Part shown: positions 52,411 through 58,677 of the stretch, in pieces
How the letters are laid out: the number at the start of each line of letters is the position of its first letter
How positions within the stretch are numbered: position 1 is the stretch's first letter
Assembly (NCBI GenBank): GCA_964450715.1
Contig: CAYVFC010000016.1
Coordinates: 1-58,677, forward strand
Direction: 5' to 3'
DNA: 58,677 bases
Source: an uncultured Sandaracinaceae bacterium
GTDB lineage: Bacteria; Myxococcota_A; Polyangia; Polyangiales; JAFGIB01
Notes under the pieces: model-generated
Seen by the model: the letters and a program-made list of their open reading frames with translations, nothing else
What the model was told of the DNA's origin: nothing
Database searches by the model: none
Position numbers and translations under genes: made by a program

Positions 52411-55392
52411 TCAGGGGAAGCGGCACTGGTCGTAGCAGTCCGGGTCCTCGCAGTCCGGACGGCCGTCGCCGTCGTTGTCCCAGCCGTCCTGGCAGTCGGT
52501 CTCCTGACGAGACGGGGGATTCGGTGACGAGTTACTCTCGCTGATATTGAGGTTGTAGCCGCCGGCACTGTACCAACCGTCCACCACGATTATCACGCCG
52601 TCGCCTTCGTACAACCAGACCGTTACCGACGATTGAAGCACGTCGTTCGCGTCGTCATTGCATGCACCCGGGATCTCCAGCGGGGCGCACTCCGGCGTGG
52701 CCCACCATAGATAGAGCAATGTGTCGTATACGGAACCGAACGTGTCGAAGGTAAAGTATCCGTCGAACGGCGCGGTCCACCAGAAGATCGCTTCGGGCGC
52801 TTCTTCTCCGCCGCAACTGCCGCTGTAGCGGCCCCAGTTCCCGTATGAAGTGGAACCGCGTGCGACGCCGCGGCCCAGAGATTCGCCCAAGTACTCGGCT
52901 CCACAATAGGGCTGGACAGGCGGTTCAGGCGGGAGCCGGTCATAGCACCAATCGGATCTGAAGCACTCGTCATCGGCGCAATCGATCCAGCCGTCGCGAT
53001 CGTTGTCAATTCCGTCCCAGCAGATCTCGGCAAGCGGACTGGACTGCGACGAGATATTCAACACGAAATAGCCCGAGCTCGAACCGAATCCATCGACGAA
53101 GATGTTGATGCTCTGCCCCCGCGACAGATAGACCGATACCCTGGAATCGAGACCTTGCCAGTCATCGTTGCACGCGTCGTATAGCTCCCCGCCGTCGCAC
53201 AGCGGCGCGTCCTCTTTGACGTACAGCAGCGTATCGGTCGCCGATCCCAAGGTTTGAAAGATAAAAACGCCGCTATACGGAGCGGTCCAACGATACACGG
53301 TTTCCGGTGCCCCGTGTCCGCCGCAGCTGCCCGCGAACCGGCTCGGACCCTGGTTGTAACCCTCGGCCACCGGGTTGCCGAGACTAGATCCCAACTCGAT
53401 TGGATTGCACTCATCCGGCGGCGGAACGGGCGGAACGGGCGGCATCGGAGGAAACGGCGGCGGGGGGTAATAACATGAAAGATGAGAATAGCATTCGTCG
53501 TCCGCGCAATCGATACGGCCGTCGCGGTCGTTATCGATACCGTCGGTACAGATTTCGCCTTGGGAGGTTGTCGGTTGCGAGATATTCAGTACAAAATATC
53601 CCCTGTCGTAATCGCTGAATCCGTCGACCACGACGTTTATAGTCTGTCCCGCCTGCAGGCTGATCGAGACGCGGGAATCCAGCTCGTACCAGTCGTCGTT
53701 GCACGCACCCCACAGCTCCTGACCGCCGCACTGCGGCGCGTCTTGAAGGAGATAGAGCAAGGTATCGATTTCCGAGCCCCGCGTATCGAATGTAAACACG
53801 CCCTCCCTGGGTGCGGTCCAGCGAAACACGGTTTCCGGCGCCCCGTATCCACCGCAACTGCCCGAAAGCAGGCTAATGCCGTCATTGTATCCGTCGGCGG
53901 CCCATTGCCCGATGCGGGATCCCAGGTCGATGGGTTGGCAAGCGACTGGAGGATTGGGCACGGGGGGATACGGCGTGGGCGGGTACGGCGTGGGCGGGTA
54001 CGGCATGGGCGGGTACGGTGTGGGGGGGTACGGCATGGGCGGGTACGGCATGGGCGGGTACGGTGTGGGGGGGAGCCCGAAACATTCGGGACTGCCCCAG
54101 CAATCGCCATCGTCGCAGTCGACAAGTCCGTCCATATCATTATCGAAGCCGTCCCAGCAGACCTCGGGAGCCTGATCGCTGGCCGTTATGGACAAGAAGA
54201 AATCACCAGTCTCCCATCCGTCGTATCCGTCAACGTAAGCGACGACAGCCTGGCCAGCCTGCAAATAGACCGTGACCGACGAGCTCAGGCCTATCCAATC
54301 ATCGTTGCAGCCGCCGGCAAGCTCGGCACCATTACAAAAGGGCGTGTCCCAGCGTAGATAGAGAATCGTATCGAACGAGGCGCCAAAGGTATCGAAGGTG
54401 AAGAAACCTCCGAAAGGAGCGGTCCAGCGATAACCGAGCTCAGGAGAATCCCAGCCGCCACAGCTGCCGGATACCGCGTTGTCGGACCAATAGGTGTTGC
54501 CCGATGCGACCGATCGGCCGAGCACGCTGCCGAGATCTTGGTCCGGGCAACGCCCGCTGTCGGGCGGCGGATACGGCGTCGGCGGATACGGCGTCGGTGG
54601 GAACGGCGTTGGAGGCGTCGGCGGATACGGCGTCGGTGGGAACGGCGTTGGAGGCGTCGGTGGAAACGGCTGCGGATACGACCCGTCGCAATAGCCGGCG
54701 CGCCGACAATCGTCGTCATCGCAATCGAAAAGCCCGTCGTAGTCGTTATCGATGCCGTCCCAACAATCGTACTCCTGCTGGTAATCGGTCGCATTGATAT
54801 TCAACGTATACCAACCCGCTGCGCCTTCAAAGCCGTCGACGATGACGAAGACCACCTGTCCGGCATAGAGCTCCAGCGTCACCGCCGACTGCAAGTCCTC
54901 GCCCGCGTCGTCGTTGCACGCTCCGGCCAGCTCAGCCGGGGCGCACGCCTCGTTGGCATCCCAGATATAGAGAAGTGTGTCGAAAGTCGATCCAAAGGTA
55001 TCGAAGCGGAAAACCCCTTCGTAGGGCGCCGTCCAGGCGTAGGCCACGTCGTTGCTCCCATTGCCGCCGCAGCTGCCGGTAAACCTGTGCGGATGTGCAT
55101 GGGTGGTGCCTGAGGCCAGCTCGTATCCCAGCTCGCTGCCCAGGTCGGCCGATACGCATTCCGGAACCGGAAACGGCAGCGGATTCGGCGACGGCGGCGG
55201 GTTTGGCGACGGATTCGGGTCCCACGGATTCGGGTCCGAAGGATTCGGATATGGCGACGGATTCGGGTCCGAAGGATTCGGCTGCGGATTCTGCCTGCCG
55301 CCGCCCAAATAGTCGCTGAGCAGGTGGGTGCGGCCACAGGCGCCCGCCAGGAACGCGCAGAGAACGGTGATAAGTACGTGTGAACGATTCAC
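52411..55392 (-). CDS. secreted lipoprotein with six tandem ~110-aa beta-sandwich modules separated by Cys-rich CxDGxDNDxDGxxDCxDxDC motifs and Pro-rich (PTPYPP) linkers
   Basis: GTG start and lipobox LAGAC. Each module has GSCGG...APE...WTAP..G.FTFDTFGS..DT.LY...........ELAGACNDD......S.VT..L.AGQ......DG.......Y.LNI. Confidence 0.75.
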   Translation of the reverse strand: MNRSHVLITVLCAFLAGACGRTHLLSDYLGGGRQNPQPNPSDPNPSPYPNPSDPNPWDPNPSPNPPPSPNPLPFPVPECVSADLGSELGYELASGTTHAHPHRFTGSCGGNGSNDVAYAWTAPYEGVFRFDTFGSTFDTLLYIWDANEACAPAELAGACNDDAGEDLQSAVTLELYAGQVVFVIVDGFEGAAGWYTLNINATDYQQEYDCWDGIDNDYDGLFDCDDDDCRRAGYCDGSYPQPFPPTPPTPFPPTPYPPTPPTPFPPTPYPPTPYPPPDSGRCPDQDLGSVLGRSVASGNTYWSDNAVSGSCGGWDSPELGYRWTAPFGGFFTFDTFGASFDTILYLRWDTPFCNGAELAGGCNDDWIGLSSSVTVYLQAGQAVVAYVDGYDGWETGDFFLSITASDQAPEVCWDGFDNDMDGLVDCDDGDCWGSPECFGLPPTPYPPMPYPPMPYPPTPYPPMPYPPTPYPPTPYPPVPNPPVACQPIDLGSRIGQWAADGYNDGISLLSGSCGGYGAPETVFRWTAPREGVFTFDTRGSEIDTLLYLLQDAPQCGGQELWGACNDDWYELDSRVSISLQAGQTINVVVDGFSDYDRGYFVLNISQPTTSQGEICTDGIDNDRDGRIDCADDECYSHLSCYYPPPPFPPMPPVPPVPPPDECNPIELGSSLGNPVAEGYNQGPSRFAGSCGGHGAPETVYRWTAPYSGVFIFQTLGSATDTLLYVKEDAPLCDGGELYDACNDDWQGLDSRVSVYLSRGQSINIFVDGFGSSSGYFVLNISSQSSPLAEICWDGIDNDRDGWIDCADDECFRSDWCYDRLPPEPPVQPYCGAEYLGESLGRGVARGSTSYGNWGRYSGSCGGEEAPEAIFWWTAPFDGYFTFDTFGSVYDTLLYLWWATPECAPLEIPGACNDDANDVLQSSVTVWLYEGDGVIIVVDGWYSAGGYNLNISESNSSPNPPSRQETDCQDGWDNDGDGRPDCEDPDCYDQCRFP

Positions 55393-55915
55393 GTGGTACC
55401 TCGAAATGGTGAGTATGCCTGCCCTCGTGGTTTTCGTTGCAGATTGCGTACCAATCGCCCGACAGACGTGCAGCGATGTTTACGGCCGAAAAAACCTCCT
55501 CGAAACCGCCCCATCACGCTTTCGCATATGACATACCTGTCCCCTTGCGCCCAAAGTGTGCCAAATCGGTCAACTCAGTTGGCGTGTCTCTCATGATCGT
55601 CGGCGGCCGTAATCCCTTTTTCCGCAACGGACGACGCTTATTTACTTTCTGCGGCAACCTCCGCCGATCCGTTAGCCTGCAGCGCTTCCGGTCGCTTTCT
55701 TAACGAAAAACGTGCGAAAACCTCAATAATTCCGCGGACTCGACCCGGTCGGGAATGTCCTGGTTACGGGCCGGTCTGGGCGCGATACCCGCTTTCCCGT
55801 ATCAGCTGCCCGTTCTTACCACCAGGCCACCGTGCCGGCGGATCGTCGCGCAGGTCCCACAGGACCTGACCGTTATCGTCCTCGGCAAAGAGATAGCTAC
55901 GGGCCGCATCGTTGC

Positions 55916-58677
55916 TCACCACCAGGGGCGGCGAAAGCGACGGCGGCGAAGGGCAAGCAGCGAAAGCAGTACGAGCGGCAGAAGCGCCGGCGACGAGCTG
56001 GTGCTCTTTACCGAGCAACCACAGCCGCCGCTATCGAATGCATCGGACCCGGTCTGGCGGCAATCGCTGTCCGACTGTTCGCTGCAGCCGCTCGCGCAGC
56101 AGCCGTCATCGTCGATGCATTGGGTCACCGGCTCCGAGAAGCATTCGACGTCGCAGGAATCGGCGCTGCCGGTCTTGGCGTTATCGGTGCAGGGATCGCC
56201 GTCGTAGCATTCGGTCGGGCAACTGGACGGCGGGTCGCAGGTTTCTCCGGGCTCCACCACCGAGTTGCCGCAGGTCGCCGAGCAGTCGTCGTCGGTCGCC
56301 CCGGTGCAGCCCGGAGCGCAGCAGCCGTCGCCGTCCTGGCAAGAGGTCACCGCGGTATTGCTGCAGGCCGCGCTACAGCCAGCGGCGCTGCCGGTAAGCC
56401 GGTCCACGGTGCAGGTATTGCCGTCGTCGCAATCGGTCGGACAGCTGTCCGGCGGGTCGCAGGTCTCCCCGGTATCGATCACGTCGTCGCCGCAGGTCGC
56501 CGAGCAGTCGTCGTCGGTTGCCGCGGTGCAGCCCGGCGCGCAGCAGCCGTCGCCGTCGGCGCAATCGGTGATGCTCTGGTGGCCGCAAGCGGCGCTGCAC
56601 ACCTCGGCCGAGCCGGTGAGCGCATCGATGGTACAGGCGTTGTCGTCGTCGCAATCGGTCGGACAGCTGTCCGGCGGGTCGCAGGTCTCGCCAGGCTCCA
56701 CCGCCTCGTTGCCGCAGGTCTGCGAGCAGTCTTCGTCCACGGCGGCATCGCACCCGGCCGGGCAGCAGCCGTCGCCGTTCCTACAGGTCGCGATCGGGTC
56801 GTTCGAACAGGCCGCGTTACAGTTGGCGGCCGAGCCGGTGAGCGTATCCGAGGTGCAAGCGTTGCCGTCGTTGCAGTCGGTAATGCAGCTGTCCGGCGGG
56901 TCGCAGCTTTCGCCCGGCTCCAGCGCCTGATTCCCGCAGGTCGGCGAGCAATCGTCGTCCACGGCGGCATTGCATCCGGCCGGACAGCAGCCATCGCCGT
57001 CGGCGCAGGAGACGATGCTCTCGTACGCACAGTCGGCGTTGCAGTTGGCAGCGCTGCCGGTGAGCTGGTCGATGGTGCAGCCATTGCCGTCGCTACACAC
57101 CACGACGCAGCTGTCCGGCGGATCGCAGCTCTCCCCCGGCTCCAGCGTCTCGTTGCCGCAGGTCTGCGAGCAGTCGTCGTCCACCGTCGCGTTGCAACCG
57201 GCCGGGCAACAGCCGTCGCCGTGCGCGCAGGAGACGATTGCGTCGTGGGCACAGGCTGCGTTGCAATTGGCAGCGCTGCCGGTGAGGGTGTCGATGGTGC
57301 AGACGTTGCCGTCGCTGCAACCGGTTACACAGCTGGCAGAGGGATCGCAGGTCTCGCCCGGCTCCACCAACGAGTTGCCGCAAGACGGCGAGCAGTCGTC
57401 ATCCACCGTTGCATTGCATCCTGCCGGGCAGCAGCCGTCGCCGTGAACGCAGGAGACGATGGGCTCGTGAGTACAGGCCGAATTGCAGTTGGCAGCGCTG
57501 CCGGTCAACGCGTCGATGGTGCAGGCGTTGCCGTCGCTGCAGCTGGTCAGGCAGATCGCCGGCGGATCGCAGGTCTCGCCCGGTTCCACGGTTTCATTCC
57601 CGCAGGTCGGCGAGCAGTCGTCGTCGACGATCGCGTCGCAGCCGGCCGGACAGCAGCTGTCACCGTGCGCGCAGGAGACGATTGCGTCATGGGTACAGGC
57701 CGCGTTGCAGTTGGCGCCGCTGCCCGTCAGCGTGTCAATGGTACAGGCGTTACCGTCGCTGCAGGCGGTCAGGCAGGTGGATCTCGGATCGCAGGTCTCA
57801 CCCGGCTCCACCACCTCGTTGCCGCAGGTCGGCGAGCAGTCGTCGTCCGTCGCCGCGTCGCAGCCTACCGGGCAGCAGCCGTCGCCGTCGCTGCAGGCGC
57901 TGATGGGATAGTGCGTGCAAGCCGCGCTGCAATTGGCCGCGCTGCCGGTGAGCTGGTCGATGGTGCAGGCGTTGCCGTCGTTGCAGTCCGCCGGGCAACC
58001 GGAGGGCGGGTCGCAGCTCTCGCCCGACTCCACCACGCCGTTGCCGCAGGACGGCGAGCAGTCGTCGTCGGTGACGGCTTCGCAGCCGCCCGGGCAGCAG
58101 CCGTCGCCATCAGCGCAGGAGACGATGACCTCGTGCGTGCAGGCCGCGTTGCAGTTGGCCGCGCTGCCGGTGAGCTGGTCGATGGTGCAGGCGTTGCCGT
58201 CGCCACAGCTGGTGAGGCAACTCGTGCTCGGATCGCACGTCTCGCCCGGCTCCACCACCGAGTTGCCGCAGGTCGCCGAGCAGTCGTCGTCCACCGCGGC
58301 GTTGCAGCCTACCGGGCAGCAGCCGTCGCCGTCGCCGCAGGAGACGATCGGTTCATGGGCGCATACAGCGTTGCAGTTGGCCGCGCTGCCGGTGAGCTGG
58401 TCGATGGTGCAGGCGTTGCCGTCGCTACAGCTGGTCGGGCAACTGCTGGACGGGTCGCAGGTCTCGCCAGGCTCCACCACCGCGTTGCCGCAGGTCGGTG
58501 AACAATCATCGTCCACCACGGCGTTGCACCCGGCCGGGCAACAACCGTCGCCGTGCGCACAGGAGACGATCGGTTCGTGGGCGCATACCGCGTTGCAATT
58601 GGCCGCGCTGCCGTTCGGCGTATCGATGGTGCACGCGTTGCCGTCGTTGCAGTTAGTCACGCAGCTCTCGGGCGGGT
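55916..58677 (-). CDS. Cys-rich tandem-repeat surface protein with MYXO-CTERM anchor (partial, N-terminus beyond window end)
   Basis: At least 11 repeats of about 80 aa (CSxTCGNxVVEPGETCDPPxSCxTxCxDGNACTxDxLTGSAANCNAxCxHxPIxSCxxGDGCCPxGC..DDDC). The C-terminus is GGCGCSVK...LLPLVLLSLLALRRRRFRR. Confidence 0.8.
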   Translation of the reverse strand, partial: PPESCVTNCNDGNACTIDTPNGSAANCNAVCAHEPIVSCAHGDGCCPAGCNAVVDDDCSPTCGNAVVEPGETCDPSSSCPTSCSDGNACTIDQLTGSAANCNAVCAHEPIVSCGDGDGCCPVGCNAAVDDDCSATCGNSVVEPGETCDPSTSCLTSCGDGNACTIDQLTGSAANCNAACTHEVIVSCADGDGCCPGGCEAVTDDDCSPSCGNGVVESGESCDPPSGCPADCNDGNACTIDQLTGSAANCSAACTHYPISACSDGDGCCPVGCDAATDDDCSPTCGNEVVEPGETCDPRSTCLTACSDGNACTIDTLTGSGANCNAACTHDAIVSCAHGDSCCPAGCDAIVDDDCSPTCGNETVEPGETCDPPAICLTSCSDGNACTIDALTGSAANCNSACTHEPIVSCVHGDGCCPAGCNATVDDDCSPSCGNSLVEPGETCDPSASCVTGCSDGNVCTIDTLTGSAANCNAACAHDAIVSCAHGDGCCPAGCNATVDDDCSQTCGNETLEPGESCDPPDSCVVVCSDGNGCTIDQLTGSAANCNADCAYESIVSCADGDGCCPAGCNAAVDDDCSPTCGNQALEPGESCDPPDSCITDCNDGNACTSDTLTGSAANCNAACSNDPIATCRNGDGCCPAGCDAAVDEDCSQTCGNEAVEPGETCDPPDSCPTDCDDDNACTIDALTGSAEVCSAACGHQSITDCADGDGCCAPGCTAATDDDCSATCGDDVIDTGETCDPPDSCPTDCDDGNTCTVDRLTGSAAGCSAACSNTAVTSCQDGDGCCAPGCTGATDDDCSATCGNSVVEPGETCDPPSSCPTECYDGDPCTDNAKTGSADSCDVECFSEPVTQCIDDDGCCASGCSEQSDSDCRQTGSDAFDSGGCGCSVKSTSSSPALLPLVLLSLLALRRRRFRRPWW

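Noticed and set aside
53950-54700. Regular 15-nt and 30-nt tandem repeats (possible CRISPR-like periodicity)
   Set aside because: They are in-frame coding repeats for the Pro-rich linkers (PTPYPPMPYPP) of the 993-aa secreted protein. There are no spacers and no cas genes.
55832-58501. 889-aa plus-strand ORF
   Set aside because: It is antisense to the Cys-rich repeat gene. The Arg/Ala/Gly-rich translation is typical of a high-GC antisense frame, while the opposite strand has clear repeat and MYXO-CTERM signatures.

Overview
This is a 58.7-kb window of high-GC (about 65-70%) bacterial chromosome, almost certainly from a member of Myxococcota. Two giant secreted proteins end in MYXO-CTERM sorting signals (GCGCS, a hydrophobic helix, then an Arg-rich tail), and one of them is built from myxobacterial Cys-rich repeats. 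The window is a mosaic of high-GC backbone genes (uppS, a two-component system, an SPFH protein, an AraC regulator, secreted alpha/beta hydrolases, an MFS transporter, a nitronate monooxygenase) and several lower-GC insertions that are probably horizontally acquired. The most striking insertion is a dense array of tRNA genes on the minus strand at about 10.2-16.2 kb. I could delineate at least 27 tRNA genes there. The array includes non-canonical tRNAs, tRNAs that encode their own CCA, tRNAs carrying 50-100 nt insertions next to the T-arm, and three copies of a conserved structured hairpin motif. It is interleaved with phage-type genes: a Gp37/Gp68 (DUF5131) protein with its TcmP partner, and an HNH endonuclease. 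An AT-rich junction with a terminator follows at 16.2-16.9 kb. Next to it are a three-gene cassette with two PF10127-like nucleotidyltransferases and two ATPases of defence-island type. Other notable items are listed below.
- A truncated lipA with an adjacent cassette (a membrane protein with a Cys-rich C-terminal domain plus two tandem radical SAM/SPASM enzymes).
- A low-GC lipid-type cluster (ACP, two HpnH-like radical SAM enzymes, two KAS, a thioesterase).
- A secreted alpha/beta hydrolase gene with an in-frame amber codon.
- Two families of conserved intergenic repeats, one carrying a nested MITE-like insertion.
Coordinates of RNA features are approximate (within a few nt). All calls were made by eye from the sequence and the six-frame ORF track. 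No database searches were run.
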